From the human T2T-CHM13v2.0 reference genome, Homo sapiens, in assembly GCF_009914755.1 (NCBI RefSeq), contig NC_060936.1: 64,000 nt of DNA; one strand, given 5' to 3'. Shown here one piece after another: positions 1-23,413 of the stretch. Each line of letters begins with the position of its first letter. Within the stretch, counting starts at the first letter, position 1. The notes under the pieces were generated by a model. That model saw only the letters and a list, made by a program, of their open reading frames with translations. It was not told where the DNA came from and did not search any database. Both the position numbers and the translations under genes were made by a program.

Positions 1-164
1 GAATGAGATTTAACTGAGTCCACAACGCTACAGGAAGTGAATGTGGCTAGACTTCCAACCATCTGCTTTTAAATCCATTTGAGTTCATTCATCCCTTTGG
101 GGGCTACCATGCCCTCTCCCTAGGACCCCCCTTCTCAACGCCATATCCCTTGGAACTCAGCAGG

Positions 165-790
165 ACAAGATGGCACAGTGGTGACAGGCTTGGAGTCTGA
201 ATCTTGACTTTGCCATTTAGTAACTGCGTGGCCCCAGACGGATCACTTGACCTCTCCGAGCTTCAGTTTCCTCACCTGTAAAAGGGAGCTCATCACAGTT
301 CCCACTGCTGGATTACTTGTCATTGTGGGTATCAGAGTCTCACAAAGTGGCCTCAAAGCACTGCGTGTGGAATGATGTCACTCGGACAAAAGCTCTAGGG
401 CGGAGGGACTCCCTTCTGGTAACTGCTGAGGCCCAGATGCCTGGAACAGGTCCTGGCACATAGCAGCTGCTCAAGATGTATTTGCTGGATGAATGAATGA
501 ATGAATGAATGAACAGAGGAAAGGAGTGAAAGACGGGCTTAGTCATTCTCTCCAGGGCAGACAGGTCTCCAAAGCGAACCTCTGCCCAGCTAACTAATTA
601 GCTTCCTCCCATCCATTTTTTAACAGACAGCTTACGGAGCACCTGCTATGTGTGGGGTTTTCTGGCCTATAAGACCAACACCTCTCATGAGGACAACTAT
701 CGTGAGCCCATTTTATAGATGAAGAAATTGAGGCTCAACAAGACCAGGACACTCACTCAAGCACACTTGGTCTCAGAGCCAGAGCCTGTA
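165..790. mobile_element. MIR and L2 fragments
   Basis: MIR core CTCTCCGAGCTTCAGTTTCCTCACCTGTAAAA; L2 tail CCTGGCACATAGCAG...TGAATGAATGAATGAA; MIR CCCATTTTATAGATGAAGAAATTGAGGCTC. Confidence 0.65.
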
Positions 791-1018
791 TCTGAGCAGG
801 TGCTTCCTTCTGATGCCCTGCCTGGCTGGCTTGTCCAGTCACTCATTCCTTCCTTCATTCATCCCTTCACTCTATCTACAGGTATTCCTGAGCCCCTCCT
901 GTGTGCCAAGCAGGGACAGGAGTGAGCCAGACCCATGGGTCAGTCAACCCCATGCCCCCTGTCCCACCCTCACCTGCTGGGGTCTCAGCCCAAAGCCCAT
1001 GGAACCCACCCTCCATAA

Positions 1019-1422
1019 ACACACACACACACACACACTACACACAAATACATATACACATTACACACATATACACATACATACACACAATATACACACA
1101 TACATACATATACACGCAAACATACACACACATACACACATGCACACATAGACATTCACATACACACATACACATGTATATACATACACATATGCACACA
1201 CATACACACAGACATACATATACACACATACACACATATATACACAAACATACACATAAACATATAGTCATACATATACACACATACACATATATACACA
1301 TATACACATACACATATAGACATACATATACACACATACACATACACACACAGACACACATACACACATACACACGCACATCAATATACACACACATACA
1401 CACGTACACAAACACACACACA
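1019..1422. repeat. Degenerate (CA)n/(CATA)n purine-pyrimidine alternating repeat, ~400 bp
   Basis: Directly visible; it produces the spurious HT-rich and VCVY-rich ORFs. Confidence 0.97.
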
Positions 1423-2380
1423 GGGAATGGTCCCAGAAGGTGGCCAGCCCACTCGGTCAACCGGGTGGAACCCAGGCCACTCCACCCTCAGGGGAAAACG
1501 GGCGCCTGGTGAGACTGAGGAGCTCTTTGTGCAAGGGGCAGGGTGGGTGGACAAGAGGGGCTGCTGTTACTCACTAACCAAAGAAATAGAAGGATATTCC
1601 CGTTTGGTCAATGGCCCGCCTGTCTGTCCCCTGAGCCCCCGCCTCCTTCTGTGGCCTTTCCAATGCCCTGACCTCATCTGGAGACCGGCAAGGGCTTCCT
1701 GTGCGCCTGGTGTGGTCTCGTGTGATCCTCCCTCACCGATGAGGAAACATGCTCAGAGAAGTGATGTAACCTCCTTGGGGTCACACAGCCGGCAGTGGCC
1801 AGGGCTCGGGGCAGAAAGGGGAAACCAATGCTCAGGAAGGGGCTAGGGGTGGGAAGGAAGTCAGAGTCACATTGAAAGTGAGGCCCTGTCCCTTCCTCAT
1901 TCCTGTCCGGCCACTGGGGTGCCAGCTCATGGGCTGCAAGGGCACCCGAGGTTGAAGGAGCCCAGGCCAGAACAAGAGCAGCAGCCAGAATAACCCAAAT
2001 CCCTCCTCAAGTTGGCAGAGCTCTGACCTCAGCAAAGCCCAGGAACAGAGAGCTTAAGCCACTTTCTGAGGTCACAGAGCAGCAACTGGCGGAGCTGGGA
2101 GGTAAGCTAAGGTGGCTCAGACGCCAAGGTGGGTGAGCCTAGCGTAGCTTTCCACGCAAGAAGCTAAGCTGGCCACTGGGCTTTTCGTGGACCCAAGGAC
2201 ACCAGTGTCACTCAGATCTGGCTTCCAGCTCCAGCTCTGCCATGAGCCAGCTGGGCATCCCTGGGTAAATTGCTTCCTCTCTGAGTCTCGATTTCCTCAG
2301 CTGTAAAATGGGGCTCAGCATTCCTGCCCCTGCCCACCCCCGGCAGTGGGGAAGCTGTGACACCATCAAAATGAACATCA

Positions 2381-3678
<1,298 letters not shown>

Positions 3679-6600
3679 TGAAGGGATGGATTTGCAATCA
3701 CACAAATGGGATTCAGGTCCCAGCTCTGCCCCTTCTCAGCTGAGAGAACCCAGGCAAGAGATTTCACCCTCTAGACCTCATTCTGCCCTCTGAAAAATAG
3801 AGACAAAAATAGTTTTGTATCCAAATGTGCTGAGGGTGCTTGACTCAGTGCTTGGCACACAGTAAGTGCTCAATAAAGGCTTGCCACCATCATAATAGTT
3901 GTTAATGCAACCCAGGGTTGGCTAAAGCCAGACAGAACCTTGTACCCAGAGTTCATAACAGCAGCCACTTATCTCAAGAGATCGGAATTAATCTTTAACA
4001 GGTGAATTCTGCTCCAAATGGGCGATGTGGAGCATTCCAGAGGGCCCACTGGCATGAAATAAATGTTATCTTGGCTCCCCAGACCCTATCTGTGACAACA
4101 AGAGGAGCTGTTACCTGGGTCCCTATAATTTGGAGAACGGACTGGAGTGTCTTTCCCAAAGTCAAATGGGGGAAACTGAGGCAGACAGCAGGGTCAAGGG
4201 CCTGCATGGAGTAGAGACACCCACTTCATGTAGACCCCATCCCCCTAGGAACAGAGGAAGGAACTCAAAGGACTTTGACCATCTCAAAAGTATTTGTTCA
4301 GACAACCATGCCATAGATACTGACTGAGCACCTACTATGTGCCAGGCACATGAGGCTCAGTCTTGTGTGTTTCCTTCCCTCCTACATCTCCTTCCAGCTG
4401 CCGCTCTCCACTCAGAGCTTGGATGACTTCCCCAGCCTTGGGGCCAGCCTCTCTGTCTGAGCTCCTCCAATCTTTCCCACTCTGCAGCCACAGGGACCTT
4501 TCTAGAACAGACAAACAACCGTGTCACTCCCAGGCAGGACTTCTGGGCCTCTGGGTCTGATTTAGCTCCTGCCTGTCTGATCCCTCACCCTTTCCAGTCA
4601 CCACAAACTCCAGACAAACAGAACTATTTCTCTGCTCTATAAACCCCAGGTGTAGCCACCTGGTAACAGGTAAAAGTCATATCTCTGCTAGTGCCATTCT
4701 CTTTGCCTGAATACTCTTTCCTCTACTTCTGCATTTATTCTTTAAGGTGCGGCTTAAACACTACCTTGACCAAGCCCTCGTGGGTCCTTCCTGGGCCAGT
4801 CCTCCTACCCTACGGCATTCTCCCCTGACCCCATCCATTCCACAGCATACATTTACTAAGCGTCGGCCATCCATGCACACCTTGCTAGATGCTCACAAGT
4901 CAGGTGTGGGAGCTCCTCCCCGGGGGGCCACAAGGGAAAATCCTTCTTGCCTTCACACGCCTCAGGCTACAGCGAAGCTGGGATTGGAAGCATCTCACTG
5001 CTCCAGTGCCCAGCCCAGAGCTGGCACAGGTGAGCTTGCAGAGAGCATTTGCTGGAGGAGGGAGTAAGTGGCAGAGGCCCAGTTGGCACCAGATAAGGCA
5101 GGAGGAACCTCCACAGCCCCTTCCCCAGATATAAGGTATCTGGGTTTCACCTGGGGAATCCCAGCCATCCTCACCGGAGCTCATGTGAAACATCCCTCCT
5201 GGGGGCATCACACCCTTTTTGTTCAGGCAACCATTCCCTGGTTACCTCCATTTCAAAACAGCCCCACCTTGATCTTACAAAGTGAACCGCCCTGAACTAT
5301 GACTGCCATTTGCCATTTGTGTCTGGGACCCCTTCCGCGTGCAATTCACCAATCAAGGTGGGTGTCCAGGCTTTCTGGTTCCCATCATTCTTCAAACAGA
5401 ATGAACTAGAGAAATGTGGAAATGGCCAATTGACTTTTTTCACCCTCTTTGTTAAGAAAATGTTTGGGGCAACGACAACTGGTTAAACATTGATGGCAGC
5501 CAACAGTGGCTGTGCCAGGTTCCTGGAAGGTCATCGGTCCTCACGACAGCCCTGGGGGCTTGCCCTCAGGCACCCCAGTATTACAGAGGAGAGAACACAA
5601 AGGCTCAGACAGCTAAGGGACCAGGCCAAGGTCACACAGCAGGGGACTGCAGAGCACACCCCGGGCCCCACACAGGCCCGCTCTTAGCCCCGCAGATAAC
5701 CCAGGCCTGACCTTTCTACCCTTGTTCCCCCAAAAGCCCACCTCGTCACCCTCCTCAGGAGCCCGGGGAGTCCCGACTTACCCTCTGCCCTTGCTCCGGA
5801 GCCAAAGTGGCAAAGCTTAAATCCTCAAGCGGTTCTTAGCATCCCAGAACAAAGCTCCCACAGGGTATCTGCCTAACATTTCAGGGGTTCACGGCCCCTC
5901 TGCCCCCAGCAGAGGCTCTTGTTTTAGAAGCTGAGCCAGAACAGCCACAGGGCCCACCTCTGCCCTGCCACTTCCCAAGCACCCCGGGGGCACCAGGCCC
6001 TGTGTGCAGAGCTGGCCCCAGGACAGGCCACCTGGTGTGGTGGGAAGGGCTTTGGGGCTGGATAGTCCCTGGGTTTAAATCCCAATTGTCTAGATCCCCG
6101 ACCTAAGACTCAGTTTCCCCATCTGCAAAACAGAGAGGACAGACAGAGGGAACAGCTGGGGCAGGCTGGAGCAGTGGGTGGCTCGATGAATGCATCTGTG
6201 GTTGGTGTTTCCAGGCAAGCGGGGAGTGTGGGAGTCTCTCTCTCCCCCACCCCCACCCCCGCTACCCACCCCCAGGAGCCACCCGCCCCCGGGACGTCCT
6301 GAGAGTCCAGGGCAGAACTAGAGGTTAAAGATTTTCATGCCTCTTGGAGGAAACAGCCGTCTCTCCGGGACTCAGTAACCAAGAAGAAGCCTTTGGAAGC
6401 TCCAGACTCCAAATTCCCTCCGACATGCTCAGGGGCCAAGGGCAAACCTTAGGTCCCCCGAAATCCCTCTTCCAAGTCTCCTAAGGTGGGCTGCAAGGCT
6501 CCGGGCCTTTGGTTCCCTGGCTTGGGGTCTCAGGGAACCGAACCGCCCTCCCCCCAGACCTGCTACCCCAGGCCCCACGTTGGTGCCCATTTCACAGGTG

Positions 6601-6811
6601 ATAAAACCGAGGCCCAAAGAGCCGGTGTCCGGCCCAAGGGCACTTAGCTGAGAGGCTGGCGCCTGCGGAACCTGGTGCCTTCCGTCTCCCGCGCCCCTGG
6701 CCCGCATTTTGGAGCCTCGGGACCCCCCGGAGCCGGACGGGCCACGGAGATGTCCCCAGGGGCGCGAGGGGACCTCGGCTGAGCCGCCCCTCCCGGGCCC
6801 GGGCCCCACTT

Positions 6812-6900
6812 ACCTCCGGGACGGCTGGGCGCCGGCGGCCGGGAGATCCGCGCTTCCTGAATCCCGGCCGGCCCGCCCGGCGCCCGTCCGCCCGCGGGTC
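6812..6900 (+). ncRNA. MIR4497: MIR4497 annotated hairpin (mature CUCCGGGACGGCUGGGC at 6814-6830)
   Basis: Matches my recollection of the miR-4497 stem-loop. Visible inverted repeats: 6827-6835/6877-6885 and 6836-6844/6862-6870. Whether it is a genuine miRNA is doubtful. Confidence 0.75.
6814..6900 (-). other. TRPV4: TRPV4 non-coding exon 1 (5' UTR); the 5' boundary is approximate
   Basis: The minus strand reads ...GGATTCAGGAAGCGCGGATCTCCCGGCCGCCGGCGCCCAGCCGTCCCGGAG|GTAAGTG, which I recognise as the TRPV4 mRNA leader. Consensus donor at 6813-6808. The position ~17.5 kb from the GLTP 3' end fits the known gene order. Confidence 0.85.
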
Positions 6901-7419
6901 CCTCCTCCGCCGGCTCAGGTTCCAGCCGCGCGCCGCCCCCGGCCAGCTCCCCGCCCACCCGCCGGCTCGCGGACCCCGCCGAGCGCAGGCCCTAGAAGGG
7001 GCGGCCCCTGCTCGCACCCCGCCCGCCCAGCGAGGGCCTCCCCTGCGGGGGAGGTGCAGGGCCAGGGCCTCAGTTTCCTCGCCTGGAAAATGGGTGTCGC
7101 GATCCCCGGATAGAGCGGCAGACGGTCTTTGGAGAGGGCTCTAGTTGGAATCGGCTCCGATTCGATCTTGCTCCGTGACTTCGGGCCGCCCTGGGACTGT
7201 GTCCTAGTCTCTAAATGGGCGTCCCGGCCCAGTCCTCCACGTGTTTGCTCATTCATTCATTCAGCAGACAATTTCCTCCGAGGCGTTGAAGGAGGTCCCT
7301 ACCCTCGGGTATGGCCCATAGAGATGGTTCAGGGGTAAATAAATGTGAGCTGCTCTCCTTGGTCTTCACCCAGTGCTTACTGCGAAGCCTGCCTCGGAGT
7401 AGGCCATCAATGTTTTGTT

Positions 7420-8671
<1,252 letters not shown>

Positions 8672-8789
8672 TGAGCTGACTCAGGGACTGTGGGGTAGCT
8701 CCTTCCTCCTCAGCTTGAAAATAGCAGCATCTCTCCTGAGGTCCAACAGCTGGAAAGTGAAATTTTAGAATTGCTGGGTGGGGAGGCGA

Positions 8790-8821
8790 AAGAGAGAGAG
8801 AGAGAGTGTGTGTGTGTGTGT
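8790..8821. repeat. Compound (GA)n(GT)n microsatellite
   Basis: Directly visible. Confidence 0.9.
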
Positions 8822-9692
8822 ACCCCTGAATAGGAGTGATGTGTTCACCTCCAGCGTGAAACATTTACAAAGAAACAAACCCTAATAATTAACTCACTGA
8901 GCACAGAAGCCTAGGGGATGAGAGGGAGAACAGGCTGTGAGGTAGGGTTTGCTCTACCCATTTTGCAAGTGGGAAACTGAGGCTTGGAGAGGAGTATGGC
9001 CTCTCCAAAAGCTGCTCCCTCCATGGTGGGGGTTGGGGTGGGAAAGAGAACCCTCTGAGGGTCCGGAGTAAACAGGCAGATGTCTGGCAGTGGAGAGGAA
9101 GGTAAACACAGGGCCCCTCACACCTCCCTGACAGACAGCTATCTGCTGGGGGCCCTCAGGGCTGGGGCTGGGGCTGGGCCAGGTTGAGAGTGGAGGAGTG
9201 AGTCTGGGACCCATTTCTGCAGAAAGGCCTGTCTCAATTTAAAGAAAATGGCAAGGGTGATTCCAGCCATAAGGCAGCTGATGTTGGGGACTGGAACTGG
9301 GGGAGATGGGGCCAGGGATGGCGACCTCCTCTTCTCTAAGCTCAGAGGGAAGGGGCCTGAGCGCTCAGCATCATCATCACTAACCCAGCTCTTTCCTGAT
9401 CCCCATTTCACAGATGGGGCAACTGAGGCCCCCATGTAGGGAAGTGACTCATCTTGGGCTAAGCAGCTGGAGCTTGGCCTCTGCACCAGACACTGGGGTT
9501 CAAATCCTGCCCTGCCGCTGATGGGAGAAGGAGCTGTGGTGGGAGCTGTGGGCAAGAGCCTCCCTCTCTCTCTGCGCCTCAGTTTCCTCACCTAAAAAAT
9601 GGGTACCAGTGTCCATGAAGCAAGGGAACGTGTTCATGACCACAGGTCTAGCACCTGGCACTTAGTAGGTGCTTTAAAAATACTGGTTGATG

Positions 9693-11113
<1,421 letters not shown>

Positions 11114-11130
11114 AATATGATCTCAAAAAG

Positions 11131-12575
<1,445 letters not shown>

Positions 12576-15206
12576 GTGAAATTTTCTTTTTAAAAAAAGA
12601 AGAAGACAGCCAGGTACAGTGGCTCATGCCTGTCATCCCAGCACTTTGGGAGGCTGAGGCAAGAGAAACGCTTGAGGCCAGGAGTTCAAGAGCAGCCTGG
12701 GCAACATAGTGAGAAACCACTTCTACAAAAAAAAAAAAACAAGAAGAAGAAGAGGAGGAGGAGGAAGAAGAAGAAGACATGATCTCTAGGATCAAAACGA
12801 TTGGGTGTGGCTCTATCATACTTCTAAGCTGTGACCTAGGGCAGGTGACTTTGCCTCTCTGAGCCCTGCTTCTCTCATCTGTAAAATGAGAGCAGTAACT
12901 TCCCCTGCCTCTTCAGGTTGTAGGGATTAAACACAATAGGGCTTGTGAGGGCTGGGCAGTACGGGAACACAGTAACTGTTCAATAAATAGTCCCACAATG
13001 GGGCCCCGCCTCCTCCAAGACTAACTTCATGTGCCCTCCCACCCAAGTGCTTCCAGCTTCACCCAGTGCTCTCCCGTGTGTTCCTTCACATCTCCCTTCC
13101 CAGCAACCCTGTGAAGTGGGCATCAGTTTCCCCATTTGATTGTGCCCATTTTACGAATGGGAACTACTGAGTCCAAAAGACAGCAAGCATAGCTCTCCTC
13201 CTCACTCCCCAGGCAGAAACTTCTTTCCTCTCCTTCCCCACACTCCCTGCTGTCCTGCCCCTGCTCTCTCCCTTCCTTCATTCCATGACCCCTCCCCAAC
13301 CCCGCCCCCTCCCCTTAGCCCAGCTGGGGGTTGGTTTAGGCCAAGAGTTAATGTCGGGGTCCCTGGGGGCCTGGAATGGGTCTCTGAGGTATGGATGTAG
13401 CCAAGGCCACCATGTGGGGTTGGACCCCTGCAAATCCCAGCCTCTCAGCCCCTCCTGCACCAGCCTCTCAGCCCCTCTTCCCTCCTCCCCATCATCTTCA
13501 TCTCAACCACCCCTCCCATGGGCAGGTCTTCTCCCCTACCTTTTGCAGACCGACAGACTGAGGCTCCACACACAGTGAAAGCCTTTTACCCGAGGAGATA
13601 GATACCTGCCAATGGTGCCATCAGGATTCAAATCCAGGATATTCTGAATTCCAACTGCACCTTTCAGCCACTAAGCAACCGCTTCCCACTGTCCTGTGTG
13701 CCTCAGGACCCACCGAGGGGGGTCCCTGTTCACACCCCCTAGGATGAGATCAGGGATAGGCGTGGGGTGGGAGATATGGAGAGACATTCTGGTCTGCCTT
13801 CTTTGCTCTTTCCCCAGTGAATGCCACACAGGGGCTCAAATCATGACGAAAAGAAGGAAAAACACAGGAAACTAGGGAGGAAAGGGTAGGGGAAGCACCA
13901 GGGCTAACAAGTATGCATTTATGCACTGCTTGCTGTGTGCCAGAGGCACTGTGTAGGGCTCTGCCTTCATGAGCTCTATCCAGCTGCACAAGAGGAAGCA
14001 CGCCCAGAGAGGTGAAGGAACCTCCCCACAGTCACACAGCAGGGAGGAGACAGGGTCTGATGGTCTCCCAGGTTCCCCATGAAATCACATCTTCCATTTA
14101 CCAAGAAGCCACAGAGACTGCACACAAAGAGGCTGCAGACAATCAGTGCTCTGTCCACCCTGGTCCCGAGAATAGCAAGCTTTTGTCCCAGACAGCAGGG
14201 CCCCACCCTGCCAGGGACCTTCAATGAGGCTCTTCTGGAATTCTCTCTGGGCCAGAAACCTGAGGCCAGGTGGAGAGGAAGCTCATCTCAGATGACCGTT
14301 GCCATGGGCACAGCTACTCTCAGCTGCCCAGCCACTGGCTGTGATTCCATTCCTCTAGGCAGCTGGGCGTGGTGGCCTGTGGGTAGGGCCAGTCACAGCT
14401 GGCCACGGGCACTTCAAAGATAGCCTCCATATGAAGGTGATGGCACAGGCAGGGATGGGAGTGTCTAGGCCTTGGTCCCAAGGAAGGCAGGCTGATTCAG
14501 GACTTCCAAGCTGGGGTCCCTGGGTGGGCAACTGGGAGTCCATGGAGGTCCTAGAACAGGGAGTAAAATTGTGAGGGGGTGAGGGAGCACCTTCTAGAGA
14601 GAGGATCATGACTTTCAGAGGCCTGGGGACACCCTCCCTACTCCGTGCCCCCAACAAAGTAAAGCACACTTTGTGTGAGGAAGTCTCACTTTACCCAGCC
14701 ATGCAGGAGCAGAGGTTGGATTGGGGCAGGGGAGGGGACAGCCTCTCTTCCGAGTCCCCCAAAGGAACCCCTAGAAATAGATCCTGGCTAACAGCTTGCA
14801 ACCTGTAAACTGGCTCTGTCGCCCCCTACTCACAGGAGCAATGACTTCCCCTGTTCTTAGACCAAAAACCACACTCACGCTGGCCTCAGCACCTGTAGGT
14901 TTCATCACCCACTGCCACCCTCTCTTGTTCTCCAGGCTCTGGCCACCTTGGCCTCTCTCTGTCCTTGGTGCATGTTGCTTTCTCTCCTGCCCCGGGGCCT
15001 TTGCACTAGCTATGCCCCTTCAGGTCCCAGCTGAAATGTCACCTCCTCAGAGAGCTCTGCCCACCCGGACTCCAATCTAAATCAGGGGTCTGTAGTCATT
15101 TCCATCACATGACCCCTTTTGCTGTCCTCCACTGCTCATTTCCCTCTCTGGATTCATTGCGCACTGGACCTTGTTGTACCCCTGGGGAATAGAGACCTTA
15201 TCTGTC

Positions 15207-16123
<917 letters not shown>

Positions 16124-16235
16124 AGGTATCCATTGTAGATTGTCAGAGCTGGGCAGGAACTTTGAACTATCTAATCCCAATTTTGTTTTATTTTTATTTA
16201 TTTATTTTTAAATTTATATATATATTTTTTTTTCA

Positions 16236-17830
<1,595 letters not shown>

Positions 17831-18014
17831 GTGGGAATTTAGGTTGCTAATCCCAATTTTAAAGATGAAACTGAGACCCAGAGGACAGAAGAGGTTTGCC
17901 CAGAGTCATACAGCGGATCAGGGCAGAGTGAGAGTTGAGAATGCACAACATTTTCTGGTGTTCCTTGTTGATGTGTTGAGAAGGGCCCTACTGTATCTTC
18001 AAGTACAAGGAGTA

Positions 18015-18347
<333 letters not shown>

Positions 18348-18879
18348 CTAACTGCATTAAGAACCAGTTGTCCTTTCAGGAGCCTTTGGCAGGCTGTAGC
18401 ATCATAATTAATAAAAATATTAACACAGTCCATTTATTGAATATCTTCTATGTGTCAGGTATTTTACACGCCTTATTTCATGTAATACTGCAAGGTAGAG
18501 ATGTTTCTGTCCCATTTCACAGATGCAAAAACTGAGGCTCAGAGAGGGGAACTGACTTGTCCTGGGCACACAACTTCAAAGTTTCAGAACCTGGACGTGA
18601 ACCCAAGAATTGTTAGGTGGTGGTGGTGCTGGTGGCAGTAGTAGCAGTGAAAATAACAGGACACACCTAATGACCCTCCACACTGAGGCAGGTGTGAACT
18701 CAGGGCCCCAAGACACCTGCTGGAGGAGCTGCAAACTTTCCCAACAGTGTGCAAGTGAGGCTTCTCACGTAGCCCTTAGGAAACAGCCCAAGCACGGTAG
18801 GAGGACAAGTTCTCCTGCCCCTCCTGCCCTCCCTCCGTTCCACCCACTTTGGGAGCGGGCAGGAGCCTGGTGGGGTGTG

Positions 18880-19140
18880 GGGAGGCGCAGGGCCTGGCGG
18901 GGCCTCCCAGCTCTGCCTCTGCGGCACAATGGGGACAGCGCCACCTACCGGGCCCGTGGGAGCTGCAGGGGCTCAAGCGCAGGCGCTCAATGCGCAGGCG
19001 CAGGGCTGTGGGGCCGGCGTGAACCCGGGAACCCATCCACCAACCAACCAGCAAAACTGAAGGGTCGTGTCCCCATATAACCTCCTGCAAACGACGGTAA
19101 TTGGGTCAACATTGAACGATTACGCAGATAAGCGCCTGCC
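18880..19140. promoter_or_regulatory. Intergenic CpG-rich element with a CTCF-like motif and tandem NRF1 motifs
   Basis: Minus-strand CCGGTAGGTGGCGCTG at ~18951-18936; AGCGCAGGCGCT at 18976-18987; TGCGCAGGCGCA at 18991-19002; local CpG enrichment. Confidence 0.6.
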
Positions 19141-19475
19141 CGGGCAGCTTCATTGACTCGGTGAGCTAGAAACTGTTGGTATTCCCATTGTATGGATGAG
19201 GAAACTGAGGCTCAGAGGGGTGAAGTGAGCTGTCCAAGTCTACTTCCCTAATAGACGGCCGACCCAGGACTCCAGTATTCGATCTCATCAGGCTACGCCC
19301 CACATCACGTAAATATATCTTTGCAGTTTTATTGAACACCTGAACACCTACTAAGGCAGCTTACTATGCTCCAAACATTGTTCTAATTACCTTACAAATG
19401 GTAACATTTAATTGAAGCCTCACAACAAGACCTGTGTGTTACGGATAAGGAAACTGAAACTCTGAAAGGTGAAGT

Positions 19476-20786
<1,311 letters not shown>

Positions 20787-21475
20787 AAGTGAATTTCAGT
20801 TCCTTGTCTATAACAGTGATGTATTACAATGGGTTTGACATGTTGTATTGTAATGGGCTCAGTGAGTTTTAACTGAATGAATCAACAAGTCAATGTCAAC
20901 CCTCGTCAAACATTTGAGCTAATTTGGGTTTCTGTATGGTTAACCTGGGTCAGATAAGGCAGCACCCCATCAGTGGGAACGCTCTGGCAGGAGGTGTGCT
21001 GAAAATAGGCTCACTGTCAGCTGGCACACAAGTGAACACGGCTGAGGGGAGATTTGGAGTTGGACATGAAACTTCTGTGGCCCCATATCTGGCTGGGTTA
21101 CCCTGGGCAAGTCTCTTTGCCACACCCTTTGGGGTTCAATTTCCTTCTCTGATAAACGGGGCTACTGAGGTCCACGTCTCAGGTGGTTGTGAAATGATTT
21201 GTGTAGAGCACTTTTGCAGGGCCCGTTATATAGTGACCAATGTGTGTTGTTTCCTCCCTGCCCCAGATGGAACTCAGTCCCACTTTGACAAGGATGAAAC
21301 GGGAAGGGCATAGATGCCTTTCTGGCTTTTGTCTCTGGGGTAGAAAACCCAAAATGTTCCCAGGGTCCCCGCAGGTACTAGGAACGGGGGCTGGGCTGGG
21401 AAAATCCCTGCCTTCCACAAAAAAATTGCCCTCCCGGTCTCACCGTATTATGTTAGAGGCATAAAGAAAAGATCT

Positions 21476-22690
<1,215 letters not shown>

Positions 22691-23413
22691 AGAAAGGAAG
22701 GAAGGAAGGCAGGAAGAGAAAGAGAAAATATAATAAAATCACAGACAGGAAAAAACTTATTTCAGGCTTCCATCTCTTGACCACGTTAGAGGGAGCTTTC
22801 CAAACTGGGTATCTGCATATACCTGGGTATATGCAATTGCACACAAGAGTCTTGAAGGTGTCCATAATTTTCAGGGTCAGGTTCAAATCTCTTAATGGTG
22901 CAATGTGACACACACATACACAGCCTGCTCTGGGTCAAGCCACCAGGTCTTTGCCTGTGCCTTGAAGTGTCCCCTGACCCTCCTCTTCTACTAGGCTTCC
23001 CTACCCCCGAACTTCCACAGAGGCTTGATGCATGCCCCAGTTCCCTAAGATACATCCCAGGACACTGCCTCTCCTCTGAGGCTCCAGGTTCCCTCTGGGA
23101 ACTGACCACTCTATTTCATCATTATTGATTTACCGGTCCATCTTGCCCACTAGATTATAAGCTCTATAGGAGCAGGAACAAAATAAAATAAATATTTCCC
23201 TCTACATTTAACCCTAGAATAAGAAAAAACAACAGCCCATGAAAAAGTGCAAACTGGTCCGGGGTGGGGAGGCAACAGGGATGGGTGGAGACTAAGGCAA
23301 AGTGAAGAACTGATTCCCCTTTCCCTTGCCCTGCCCAGCCAAGGGGGCAGTCGTCTCTCAGCTCCCACCAGGCAGCCTGGTTTTTCAAAAGAAGCTAGAA
23401 ACCCAAGGTTCTT

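Larger units (their letters stand above)
6600..7250. promoter_or_regulatory. TRPV4: TRPV4 CpG island promoter
   Basis: Dense CpG/GC content with multiple CCGCCC GC boxes and an ETS-like CTTCCTG at ~6853. Confidence 0.85.

Noticed and set aside
813-1512. His/Thr-rich and Val/Cys/Tyr-rich ORFs up to 203 aa
   Set aside because: They are translations of the (CA)n/(CATA)n repeat.
6429-7256. Several overlapping 100-140 aa Pro/Arg/Gly-rich ORFs
   Set aside because: Stop-poor GC-rich CpG island with no recognisable protein; TRPV4 exon 1 is non-coding.
18920-18942. Full REST/NRSF RE1 site
   Set aside because: Only the right half-site matches; the left half is poor and the spacing is non-canonical.
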